From Alphaproteobacteria bacterium (lineage in GTDB: Bacteria > Pseudomonadota > Alphaproteobacteria > Rs-D84): a DNA stretch of 61,632 nt. The stretch covers positions 1-61,632 of the forward strand of contig JAWPOG010000029.1 in the NCBI GenBank assembly GCA_033345155.1, written 5' to 3'. The position numbers and the translations under genes are program-made. Position 1 is the stretch's first letter, and every line of letters starts with the position of its first letter. The notes beneath the pieces were generated by a model. It was not told the origin of the DNA. It was given only the letters and a program-made list of their open reading frames with translations, and searched no databases. Shown here piece by piece: positions 1 to 7,675 of this stretch.

Positions 1-252
1 GGTGCTTTTTTTGCAACTGGTTTTGCAGCAACTTTTTTCGCTGGTGCTTTTTTTGCAACTGGTTTCGCAGCAACTTTTTTCGCTGGTGCTTTTTTTGCAA
101 CTGGTTTCGCAGCAACTTTTTTTGCAGGTGCTTTTTTTGCAACTGGTTTTGCAGCAACTTTTTTCGCTGGTGCTTTTTTTGCAACTGGTTTCGCAGCAAC
201 TTTTTTTGCTGGCGCTTTCTTTGCAACTGGTTTTGCGGGCGTTGCTTTTTTA
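1..252. repeat. Tandem 42-bp repeat, about 6 copies (unit ggtgctttttttgcaactggtttYgcagcaacttttttYgct). The last copy is degenerate and the array may continue past the left edge.
   Basis: Direct reading: units at 1-42, 43-84, 85-126, 127-168, 169-210 and 211-252 are nearly identical. The period is a multiple of 3 and lies inside a minus-strand coding frame. Confidence 0.85.
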
Positions 253-284
253 GCCGCTGTTTTTTTTGTAAATAAAAATGCCAT
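1..284 (-). CDS. Lys/Ala/Pro-rich basic repeat protein (histone H1-like / AlgP-like). This is the N-terminal part; the gene runs off the window.
   Basis: The reverse complement from ATG (282-284) reads MAFLFTKKTAAKKATPAKPVAKKAPAKKVAAKPVAKKAPAKK..., a 14-aa repeat. AAGGAGAG Shine-Dalgarno lies about 8 nt upstream (291-298). The plus-strand ORF 2..253 in the track is its antisense shadow. Confidence 0.55.
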   Translation of the reverse strand, partial: MAFLFTKKTAAKKATPAKPVAKKAPAKKVAAKPVAKKAPAKKVAAKPVAKKAPAKKVAAKPVAKKAPAKKVAAKPVAKKAPAKKVAAKPVAKKA

Positions 285-399
285 TCTTTCTCTCCTTAAT
301 ATATATATAAAGTTTCACACAGAACAAATCTGTTTTGTTCTTGATTGTATTTTATCGTAATTACAAAACTTAGTAAAGCAGAAAGTGCATTTTTACAAA

Positions 400-1056
400 T
401 TATGAATACAACTTTTTAAAACCATTTTCTATTTTGCGTATGTATTCAGCATCACCATCACGCCAATATTTTGGATCACGCATCATGCGACGCAGGTCTG
501 AATCAGATAAATTTTCACTGTTGTTTTTTTCTGTTTTTATGTTTGGTTCCATTGACTGCATCATCTTGTACACACTTTGAATTCCTTGGGGTGTAGCGCA
601 TAACGCATCAAATGCATCATGTGGTAAAAATCGTTCGCCAAATGCATTTATAGCACGCAGGGCATCCAACATTTTTTCATCGCCACCAAAAAAATTTTTT
701 AATTCATTCATTGCAGTCGATTCATCGTGAACAGAAAATAAATCTGATATAACTGGTGATAAAAATTCATTGGCAATATCATATATTTTTTCAACTTGTT
801 TTTTTGTCAGCCCTATTTCAAAAAATTTTTGACGCAAATTTTCATCATCATATAATTCGTGAGTGGGATATTCTGATGAATTTTCTGGCACACCAATCGC
901 ACGATTAAATTTTTGACGAGACGCATCGTCTGAATTTTCGTTTGGAATTGATATCATGCTGCCCATCTTTTTTTCCAGTTCATTATAAGATTTTATTAAT
1001 GCATCTGTATTCAGTGTTCCATCGTTATTGCGAAATTTTTCTGGGATGTTATCCAT
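400..1056 (-). CDS. Phage scaffolding / capsid-assembly-like protein (tentative)
   Basis: N-terminus MDNIPEKFRNNDGTLNTDALIKSYNELEKKMG and C-terminus RRMMRDPKYWRDGDAEYIRKIENGF resemble phage scaffold proteins from memory. The start overlaps the upstream stop (ATGGATAA). Confidence 0.35.
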   Translation of the reverse strand: MDNIPEKFRNNDGTLNTDALIKSYNELEKKMGSMISIPNENSDDASRQKFNRAIGVPENSSEYPTHELYDDENLRQKFFEIGLTKKQVEKIYDIANEFLSPVISDLFSVHDESTAMNELKNFFGGDEKMLDALRAINAFGERFLPHDAFDALCATPQGIQSVYKMMQSMEPNIKTEKNNSENLSDSDLRRMMRDPKYWRDGDAEYIRKIENGFKKLYS

Positions 1057-1258
1057 TTTCTTGTCCTTTGGTTTCGTTTGAACGGCGCAGAAAATAAATT
1101 CCCGCCAATGTAAATATTGCCTGCAACATTGTGAACAAATCTGTATCGCCCACCAAATATGCGCCAATCGCTGATAAAATGCCCGTTGCAGAAATTATAT
1201 ATGTGCGATAACCTGTCAGGTATCCACCAGTTAAGATTCGTTTCATGAAATTATCCAT
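1049..1258 (-). CDS. Small two-TM membrane protein in a holin-like position
   Basis: 69 aa with two hydrophobic segments (YIISATGILSAIGAYLV and LQAIFTLAGIYFL). It is translationally coupled to both neighbours. There is no family-level motif. Confidence 0.4.
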   Translation of the reverse strand: MDNFMKRILTGGYLTGYRTYIISATGILSAIGAYLVGDTDLFTMLQAIFTLAGIYFLRRSNETKGQENG

Positions 1259-1674
1259 TATAAGTAAAACAGTATGCCATCAATATCTGCAATATATCCG
1301 CACGATGTTGCCCATGCGGGCATCTCGTCCGAAAGATGGAATCTGGTGGCACCAAAACAACTGTCGGGCAACTGGCCCATCAACATACGATATGCCGCAC
1401 GAACACACATTTGAAACGCACGGTCATTTGCAGGAACATACAGACGCGAATGATTTATGTCTGATGAATCCAAAACAGGAAACACAGATTTGTCTGCAAT
1501 CAAATTTAATATTTCAACACCAGATGCATCAGATAAATTTTGTATCATAGATGTAAACGCATTGACTAATACCAAAGACGACGCGCCAGTCTGTGCATAA
1601 ACAACGCGTGCAATTTTGTGCGCCAGATTCATATACCCAGATGCGTCTGGATTTCTAACAATGTTCATTTGCAT
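1258..1674 (-). CDS. Cell wall hydrolase, SleB / Hydrolase_2-like
   Basis: The C-terminal GATRFHLSDEMPAWATSCGYIADIDGILFY matches the conserved end of the SleB-type hydrolase family (GAT.FH....P.W......IG.H.FY). The size fits phage endolysins of this family. Confidence 0.6.
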   Translation of the reverse strand: MQMNIVRNPDASGYMNLAHKIARVVYAQTGASSLVLVNAFTSMIQNLSDASGVEILNLIADKSVFPVLDSSDINHSRLYVPANDRAFQMCVRAAYRMLMGQLPDSCFGATRFHLSDEMPAWATSCGYIADIDGILFYL

Positions 1675-1694
1675 GATATAGCCCCGCTGTTATA

Positions 1695-1753
1695 AAAAAT
1701 AAAACCCACGCAAAATGCGTGGGAAAATAAAAAAACCACAACCTGTGTTGTGG
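1695..1753 (-). terminator. Two tandem Rho-independent terminators downstream of birA
   Basis: Hairpins cccacgca/tgcgtggg (1705-1723) and ccacaac/gttgtgg (1736-1753). Each is followed on the minus strand by a T-run. Confidence 0.6.
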
Positions 1754-1845
1754 GCATAATTTGTGCCATTTATGTGTTTACATATTATCACAAAATTAGA
1801 CAAAAGTCAAGACAATATTTTTTGTCATAAATAAAGCCGGAAAAA

Positions 1846-2526
1846 TCAAACAGTTATTTCGTCACCATAGACCAACAAATAATTCGTATCCCGGCGCAAA
1901 ACCAATGCACCATTTTCATTTATTCCTATTAACTGAGCCAATTCCCCATGATATTTAACGGAACAGTTAATGCAAGCTGCCAATTCTGTCCAACGAGCCC
2001 GCACCGCACGAAAATCAGCACGAATCCATTTATCCATATTGCGCATCAAGCGATTCAATAATTCGTTCATCGGAATTTCTGCATAGTTGTCCATCTTGGT
2101 TGTTTTATACCTGTCAACGGTTGGATTCGAATTTACATTTATGCCAATGCCTATGATGACATAATCACCAGAGTACTCAATCAAAGTTCCCGCAATTTTT
2201 TTACCATCAACCAAAATATCGTTGGGCCACTTAATTGCCGGACGAATACCAAAAGACGCGATTGTTTCCGCAATCGCAACCGCCACCGAATAAGACAGAC
2301 GCGCATCACGTTCAGGGGCCATATAAATAAAACTGATATACAAATTGCCATGGTGCGATACCCATGTGCGACGCATGCGACCACGACCAGCAGACTGAGC
2401 CGCCGCCAAAATTGCCGTACAATTCGTCGCACGACCAGTTGAAATCAGTTCTAATGCATAGTCTTGAGTGCTGGGGATTTTATCAAAAGATAATAATTTA
2501 TAGTTTGCCAATACGATACACCCCAT
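1846..2526 (-). CDS. birA: Biotin--[acetyl-CoA-carboxylase] ligase, catalytic part
   Basis: GRGRMRRTW and KWPNDILVDGKKIAGTLIE motifs. Start set at MGCIVLANYKLLSFDKIPSTQ, because the longer ORF to 2604 overlaps the upstream gene. Confidence 0.8.
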   Translation of the reverse strand: MGCIVLANYKLLSFDKIPSTQDYALELISTGRATNCTAILAAAQSAGRGRMRRTWVSHHGNLYISFIYMAPERDARLSYSVAVAIAETIASFGIRPAIKWPNDILVDGKKIAGTLIEYSGDYVIIGIGINVNSNPTVDRYKTTKMDNYAEIPMNELLNRLMRNMDKWIRADFRAVRARWTELAACINCSVKYHGELAQLIGINENGALVLRRDTNYLLVYGDEITV

Positions 2527-2917
2527 TTGTGTTGATAATGAATTCGCGTCCGTATGTGCGACGCAACTGATAAATAGCAGTATCAATCGTATGCGTTGCA
2601 ACATCGGGGGCGTATCCCAATGCTTTTTTTAACTCGTGAGTTGTCATCCCGCCAGACTTGTACAATGCGATAACAATCAGACTTTGCTGATGAGGTAAAA
2701 ACACATCCTTACCAAAAACAGAGCGCAAAATGGTCGCTTCGTCACCAGCATTTAATATAATCGTTTTCAATTCCATCGAATTTAGCGGGGGGACAATACG
2801 CAAATTGTCAAAATTTATATCCATAGAATTCGGTGCGTCCAAAACCGTTGCACCAAAATCAGTCAAGATTTGGCGCCATATTGTATCAGATGTATAAATA
2901 CGAACACCGTTTAACAT
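2498..2917 (-). CDS. Winged-helix DNA-binding protein, possibly the detached BirA repressor domain
   Basis: The C-terminal 65 aa LIVIALYKSGGMTTHELKKALGYAPDVATHTIDTAIYQLRRTYGREFIINTNGVYRIG has wHTH architecture. It overlaps the birA start by 29 nt in another frame. Confidence 0.5.
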   Translation of the reverse strand: MLNGVRIYTSDTIWRQILTDFGATVLDAPNSMDINFDNLRIVPPLNSMELKTIILNAGDEATILRSVFGKDVFLPHQQSLIVIALYKSGGMTTHELKKALGYAPDVATHTIDTAIYQLRRTYGREFIINTNGVYRIGKL

Positions 2918-3009
2918 GATAGAATTCTAGACCATATAAGCAAATAAGTCCAATAAAAAACCGCAACGGTAATACCATCACGGTTTTGGGGTGTTGAAAC
3001 AGATAAAAT

Positions 3010-3255
3010 CTAGTCACGACCGGTATCGGGCGGGTCAATAAACTTGGTGAAGTCTTGTATTTTCGCACCCGTAGATGATAAAATTTTGGAAATACTGTTC
3101 GTGGATGGCCATCGTGGTTGCCCTTCTTTGGACCAACGTTTACTTTTATTAAATGTTGTTGGGTCCAAACCGCTGCACTTTGCCAGACCAGAACACGACA
3201 TACCATGCTCGGTTGCAAAGCGTTCTATGGCGCGCCACACATCTTCATGTGTCAT
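3010..3255 (-). CDS. HTH DNA-binding protein resembling the N-domain of alphaproteobacterial LexA/phage-repressor-like proteins, without an S24 peptidase domain
   Basis: MTHEDVWRAIERFATEHGMSCSGLAKCSGLDPTTFNKSKR...RWPSTNSISKIL. AGAGGG Shine-Dalgarno lies before ATG 3255. Confidence 0.6.
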   Translation of the reverse strand: MTHEDVWRAIERFATEHGMSCSGLAKCSGLDPTTFNKSKRWSKEGQPRWPSTNSISKILSSTGAKIQDFTKFIDPPDTGRD

Positions 3256-3403
3256 TTTTTTCCCTCTTGGTTTATGCACCAGAAAAAAATCTTTCATCTG
3301 ATACAACATTGATTTTATTCCAAAATTCAGTCTAAAACAACAAGGACCATTTCCTAGGAATACACCCAAAAACACAATACAAAAAATTTTTTTGACAAAA
3401 CAC

Positions 3404-3432
3404 TTGACGAATCGATTTTAGTGTACTATATT
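3404..3432 (+). promoter_or_regulatory. Sigma70-like promoter (TTGACG-17 nt-TATATT)
   Basis: -35 at 3404-3409 and -10 at 3427-3432 with a 17-nt spacer. No plus-strand ORF follows. Confidence 0.5.
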
Positions 3433-3438
3433 TTAAAT

Positions 3439-3627
3439 CGTCAAAGGGACAAACCCGGAGACAGATGTGAAAACATCTTGTGGGGACCAGAGGTTCAGAC
3501 TCCCTCCTACATTCTCTCTCCTCTGGACTCTGGTACCCGCACCAAGTTTAGAGTGTCCAATTTCTTTTTCTCCTTTCCTTCCTTTCGGGACACTCGGAAA
3601 TACCGCCGGAAACGGCGGTGTTTTTTT
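3439..3627 (+). ncRNA. Candidate trans-acting sRNA (about 190 nt) with CU-rich loops
   Basis: It lies between its own promoter and terminator.
- GAAA-capped hairpin at 3463-3478.
- Hairpin 3487-3526 with CUCCCUCC in the loop.
- Hairpin 3551-3595 with CUCCUUUCCUUCCUUUC in the loop.
- Terminator accgcc-g/cggcggt plus T7 (3602-3627).
The family is not identified. Confidence 0.4.
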
Positions 3628-3642
3628 ATCTGATACAAATAA

Positions 3643-3981
3643 TTAATGGGCGTGCGAAAATATATGCAACAACAGGCTGAAAATAAACAAGACAGTTATT
3701 ACGCCAACTATGATTTTCTGGGGGCCGTGCAATTTGTGGCCGCTGCAACGTCTGCACGAACAGCGACAATCGCGCAAAACCAGATACCAAGACAAAATCA
3801 ACATACAACCAGACAGCACAAACAACCACGGCTCCAACCAATGTGGCAAAATATGAAAATGCGCCGCGTCTGGCGCAACCAACCCCACAACCGCCAACAA
3901 CATCGGCAGGCCACAACAAAAAATGTGTGGCAACACAGTTGCAAGGATCCCAATTTTCACAGCCTTGTTTTTCATATTCAT
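3643..3981 (-). CDS. Small membrane protein with a CC motif in TM1, MerC/MerT-like (tentative metal transporter)
   Basis: ILATVLPHIFCCGLPMLLAVVGL plus a Cys-rich loop CRCSCRRCSGH, with 3-4 predicted TM helices. Confidence 0.35.
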   Translation of the reverse strand: MNMKNKAVKIGILATVLPHIFCCGLPMLLAVVGLVAPDAAHFHILPHWLEPWLFVLSGCMLILSWYLVLRDCRCSCRRCSGHKLHGPQKIIVGVITVLFIFSLLLHIFSHAH

Positions 3982-3999
3982 CCGTTTTTAGTACTAACT

Positions 4000-4075
4000 T
4001 GGCGTCCCCAGCAGGACTCGAACCTGCATCTAATTCTTAGGAGGAATTTGTTCTATCCTGTTGAACTATGGGGAC
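4000..4075 (-). tRNA. tRNA-Arg (anticodon CCT)
   Basis: Hand-folded cloverleaf:
- acceptor GTCCCCA/TGGGGAC
- D-stem GTTC/GAAC
- anticodon stem AATTC/GAATT with loop CT-CCT-AA
- T-arm GCAGG-TTCGAGT-CCTGC
- encoded CCA. Confidence 0.9.
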
Positions 4076-4192
4076 CGTGCCAGAATATTATAACAAACTG
4101 ATTATTTGTTCAATATTTTTTTTGGCACAAATTATTGACAAATATCATACAAGTATTATATTAAGTTTGTTATAATAAAGAAAAGGCTTGGC

Positions 4193-5854
4193 ATGGCACA
4201 TAACAAATTAATCGTGAGCACAATACAACAGAAAAACGAAGAATACCAAAAAGTTGATATTGACTTATTTGAATATCTGGAAAACACGGGTTCAAAGGCG
4301 CCCGTACTGGTCGTGTCTGATATTATACTGCCAAAAGGTAAAAAGAATCCTTTGCCTGATTTTTCCGGGATTTTTACGGATTCTGTGATATTTAACAGTA
4401 ATGATTGGCGCATCACAAATCAGTCAAAATTACCTGGAGGAATATCGGAATTAATTTGCTTGTATTCTATTGCCAGTCTTGATGATTTGATTGGTGTTTT
4501 GCCGGATTCGGTCAATACTGTACACGTCAGAAATAAAATCCTTAATAATATAACCAAGGACACAATAGAATCCGCACAGCGATTCACGTCAGTTTATCCG
4601 GCTGTTTCTGTGTTTGATGAACGCAGAAATTCTTTGCAGCAAAAAATAGCTGAATTATCAAATGACAAAGAACCAGTTCTGGTGGAACAAAAAAAAGACA
4701 AAAAAAACACAAAAAATAATACACCTATAAAAACAGATGAATGGATTAGTAAAGACGACTTTATTAACTGTGTCCGGGCCGAGGGACAGTTCTCTGAATT
4801 AAATGACGAATGTTTGGAACGGTATTTTAAAATGGCGCGCTCGAAAAAATCGGGACTGAATATAACAAGTATCGATATGTTGCGTTCTGATGGCGTACAA
4901 GTTTCTTGTGTAAAAAAACAAGATATGTACTTAATTGTAAAGTACATATACGAAGCGCTGACACAAGCACAAAAACAAAAAGAAAAAACTGTAAAATCCC
5001 GAGAAAAAACTGTTGTGTCACAAGACACTTTATCACAACCAACAAGCAACAATTCGGAACAGGGGTGCTATTTCGACGCAAAAAAAGTGGTCAAAACCAA
5101 GGTAAATAAATACATACACAAACAAATCATTGACTCTATTCACAATGGGAACAGGGCGATTTTTTTGAAGGTTTTGCAGACCATTGATTTGTTAAATGTA
5201 ATTCCAACGGACACAAAAGGCAACAAGGTCTGTTATATCAATGATAAGAATGTGCTGGTACCAATTCCAGATCTGAAATTAAAAAGTGTAAAATGTATAT
5301 GTCAGGCAATGCCTAATAATAATGCTGCACGTATCGTTTGGGCAATCCAAGGCAATGATTTAATCGCATTTGAATACTTTGCTAAACATGAGGACAGCAG
5401 AGCAGAAGTTGCATACAAAGAATGTATTAGAAAAATCCAACTGAATAACATACCCGATATCAAAGATTGCAAAAATGTCAAAGACTTGATAGAAGAATAC
5501 AGCAATACAGATGACCAAAGTATATTGGATAACAGCAATAAAAAAAGCAATTCATCGAAAAACAAAAAAATATGCAAAAGCAACAAAACATCAGACACAT
5601 CACAATGGAGCGATGTCACTTCGGTCGCTTATGAGATTCATGAACAATATCTTGATACAAAAATAGCTGTTATGCGTTTGATTCTGAAACTGGAAGCAGA
5701 AGAAAATACCGATAAAAAAATTCAATATGCTGATTCCTTGGCCGAACTTTTGAGGTTGCAAAAAGGTTTAGAAGAAGATGAAACAAAATTAAAAAAAGCG
5801 AATAAAACCATTCTGGATATACAGCGAAAACTGGAACAGCAAAAAAAACGATAA
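4193..5854 (+). CDS. Hypothetical Lys/Asn-rich protein with a coiled-coil C-terminus (orphan)
   Basis: Long uninterrupted ORF with AAAGG upstream of the ATG. Visibly more AT-rich than its neighbours. No family motif recognised. Confidence 0.55.
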   Translation: MAHNKLIVSTIQQKNEEYQKVDIDLFEYLENTGSKAPVLVVSDIILPKGKKNPLPDFSGIFTDSVIFNSNDWRITNQSKLPGGISELICLYSIASLDDLIGVLPDSVNTVHVRNKILNNITKDTIESAQRFTSVYPAVSVFDERRNSLQQKIAELSNDKEPVLVEQKKDKKNTKNNTPIKTDEWISKDDFINCVRAEGQFSELNDECLERYFKMARSKKSGLNITSIDMLRSDGVQVSCVKKQDMYLIVKYIYEALTQAQKQKEKTVKSREKTVVSQDTLSQPTSNNSEQGCYFDAKKVVKTKVNKYIHKQIIDSIHNGNRAIFLKVLQTIDLLNVIPTDTKGNKVCYINDKNVLVPIPDLKLKSVKCICQAMPNNNAARIVWAIQGNDLIAFEYFAKHEDSRAEVAYKECIRKIQLNNIPDIKDCKNVKDLIEEYSNTDDQSILDNSNKKSNSSKNKKICKSNKTSDTSQWSDVTSVAYEIHEQYLDTKIAVMRLILKLEAEENTDKKIQYADSLAELLRLQKGLEEDETKLKKANKTILDIQRKLEQQKKR

Positions 5855-5887
5855 AGCCCATAAGCAAAAAATCCTGTGTAATTTTTA

Positions 5888-5916
5888 TTGCATGTTTAAA
5901 TGCATACTTGTATAAT
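5888..5916 (+). promoter_or_regulatory. Sigma70-like promoter for fabH (TTGCAT-17 nt-TATAAT)
   Basis: -35 at 5888-5893 and -10 at 5911-5916. Confidence 0.55.
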
Positions 5917-5954
5917 GCCGTTGCAAAAAAATAACACCAAGGAATACGGAAATA

Positions 5955-6893
5955 ATGGGCAGCAGATTAGTGGGATACGGTTCGTATTTACCAGAACGCA
6001 TTATGACTAATGCGGACTTTGCGCGCATTATGGATACTACTGACCAGTGGATTACAACGCGTACCGGTATTCATGAACGGCATTTTGCTGCTGAAAATGA
6101 AACTGTGGTGGACATGGCGACCATTGCTGCATCGCGCGCCTTGGCAAACGCAGGGTTGGATGTGAATGATATCGATTTGGTCATCGTTGCAACAACAACA
6201 CCAGAACTGGATTTTCCATCCGTTGGGGTTCAGGTGTTGGGACGATTGGGCGCATCAAATGGGACACCCGCTTTTGATGTACGTGGGGCCTGTACGGGAT
6301 ATATCTATGCCCTGCACTGCGCGCGCGCCTTCTTTACCGCCGGCATTCACAGGCGCATTATGATAATTGGTGCAGAAAAAATGACGCGTTTTGTCGATAT
6401 GGGCGATCGCTCGACCGCTGTATTATTTGGTGACGGGGCAGGCGCGCTGATATTTGAACATTCTTCGTCCAGTTATTCGGGGATTATTGATACTGTGGTT
6501 ATGGCAGATGGTCGAGATTTTGAATGTCTGCATGGAACCCAGGATCATCGGATTGCTATGAATGGGCCGGAAACATATAAAAAGGCCGTTCAATGTATGC
6601 CTGATGCGGCCCGATATATTATGCAACATGCCGGAATTACCGCAGAGAATGTTGACTGGATTATCCCACATCAGGCAAATCTGCGTATAATAATCAGTTG
6701 CGCGGAAAAACTGGATTTTCCAATGGATAAAATTCTGGTGACAGTTGATAAACATGCAAATACCAGTGGCGCATCCGGTGTTTTAGCACTGGCGCATGCG
6801 TTCGATAACAATATTATCAAGCAAGGACAATTAATTTTGTACCCTGCTTTTGGCAGCGGTCTGACATGGGGCGCCGCCCTGATAAGGGTTTAA
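5955..6893 (+). CDS. fabH: 3-oxoacyl-ACP synthase III
   Basis: GSYLPERIMTNADFARIMDTTDQWITTRTGIHERHFA, active-site ACTGYIYAL, HQANLRII, NTSGASG. Confidence 0.9.
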   Translation: MGSRLVGYGSYLPERIMTNADFARIMDTTDQWITTRTGIHERHFAAENETVVDMATIAASRALANAGLDVNDIDLVIVATTTPELDFPSVGVQVLGRLGASNGTPAFDVRGACTGYIYALHCARAFFTAGIHRRIMIIGAEKMTRFVDMGDRSTAVLFGDGAGALIFEHSSSSYSGIIDTVVMADGRDFECLHGTQDHRIAMNGPETYKKAVQCMPDAARYIMQHAGITAENVDWIIPHQANLRIIISCAEKLDFPMDKILVTVDKHANTSGASGVLALAHAFDNNIIKQGQLILYPAFGSGLTWGAALIRV

Positions 6894-6912
6894 AAACAAC
6901 AAAGGTGAGGAA

Positions 6913-7203
6913 ATGGCAACAATAACAAGAAGTGATTTTGCAAATAGATTACGTGAACGTTTCGGATTAACAACCGCTGACGCTTATAAGATGGTAGATG
7001 TCGTGTTTGATGAAATTCGCGATGCCTTGGTTAATGGCGAAGAAGTTAAATTTGCGGGGTTTGGCAGTTTTAAAATCCTGGAAAAAAACGCACGCATGGG
7101 ACGTAACCCAAAAACAGGCGAAGGTGCCGTAATTTCTGCTCGACGGGTCGCAACATTTCGCCCCAGCAACGAATTTCGTAAACGTGTTGCAATCAACAAA
7201 TAA
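6913..7203 (+). CDS. ihfA: Integration host factor alpha subunit (HU/IHF family)
   Basis: GFGSFKILEKNARMGRNPKTGEGAVISARRVATFRPS. The F(R/K)PS ending is typical of IHF-alpha, and the position after fabH is conserved. Confidence 0.8.
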   Translation: MATITRSDFANRLRERFGLTTADAYKMVDVVFDEIRDALVNGEEVKFAGFGSFKILEKNARMGRNPKTGEGAVISARRVATFRPSNEFRKRVAINK

Positions 7204-7230
7204 AAAATACCGCCAAACGGCGGTTTTTTT
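7203..7230. terminator. Bidirectional Rho-independent terminator
   Basis: aaaaaat-accgcc-aaac-ggcggt-ttttttt, between the convergent genes ihfA and rpiB. Confidence 0.75.
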
Positions 7231-7675
7231 ATGAAATCTTTTCAACACGACGAACGCGTCGTTCGATTGCGTCAAATGGGCTTTCCAAAAAGGTCTGAGC
7301 GCACAGAAACGCAACCTCGATATCAATATCATCGGCGGCCAATGCCAAAACATTGGTGTCGTCATGAAAACGGTCCGCACGCGCCTGGGATGGCGTGTCA
7401 CAACGAGATGCGCGAATATGGCGGTATCTGTTCGCTGCAATCATAACACCTGCGCCCGTGCCACAAATGATAATTCCGCGCGAGTCTGGCACACCTTGCA
7501 TAGCATCAGCCAGGGTTGCAGCAACATCTGGATAATCAACCGATATGTTCGGATTATCTATCCCCAGATTAACCATGTTATAGCCAGCGGCCGCTAACAT
7601 CTCGATTAAATATAATTTCAAGCCGACACCACGATGATCGGATGCTATAAATACTTTTGATACGGTTTTATTCAT
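7229..7675 (-). CDS. rpiB: Ribose-5-phosphate isomerase B
   Basis: VFIASDHRGVGLK... and GIIICGTGAGVMIAANR, typical of the RpiB/LacAB family. Confidence 0.85.
   Translation of the reverse strand: MNKTVSKVFIASDHRGVGLKLYLIEMLAAAGYNMVNLGIDNPNISVDYPDVAATLADAMQGVPDSRGIIICGTGAGVMIAANRYRHIRASRCDTPSQARADRFHDDTNVLALAADDIDIEVAFLCAQTFLESPFDAIERRVRRVEKIS

Noticed and set aside
1-252. Possible CRISPR array, because of regularly spaced repeats
   Set aside because: The 42-bp units are directly adjacent with no unique spacers. They are in frame within a coding sequence, and no cas genes are present.
2-253. Plus-strand ORF MLFLQLVLQQLFSLV... (83 aa) from the ORF track
   Set aside because: It is the antisense shadow of the 42-bp repeat. 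The minus strand has an ATG, a Shine-Dalgarno and a biologically sensible Lys/Ala repeat protein. The plus-frame product is a compositional artefact.
3481-3510. tRNA-like T-arm (GAGGTTCAGACTCCCTC) suggesting a tRNA or tmRNA acceptor piece
   Set aside because: The stem does not pair as a 5-bp T-stem around a 7-nt loop. No acceptor stem or CCA is present, and the segment fits better as the loop of an sRNA hairpin.
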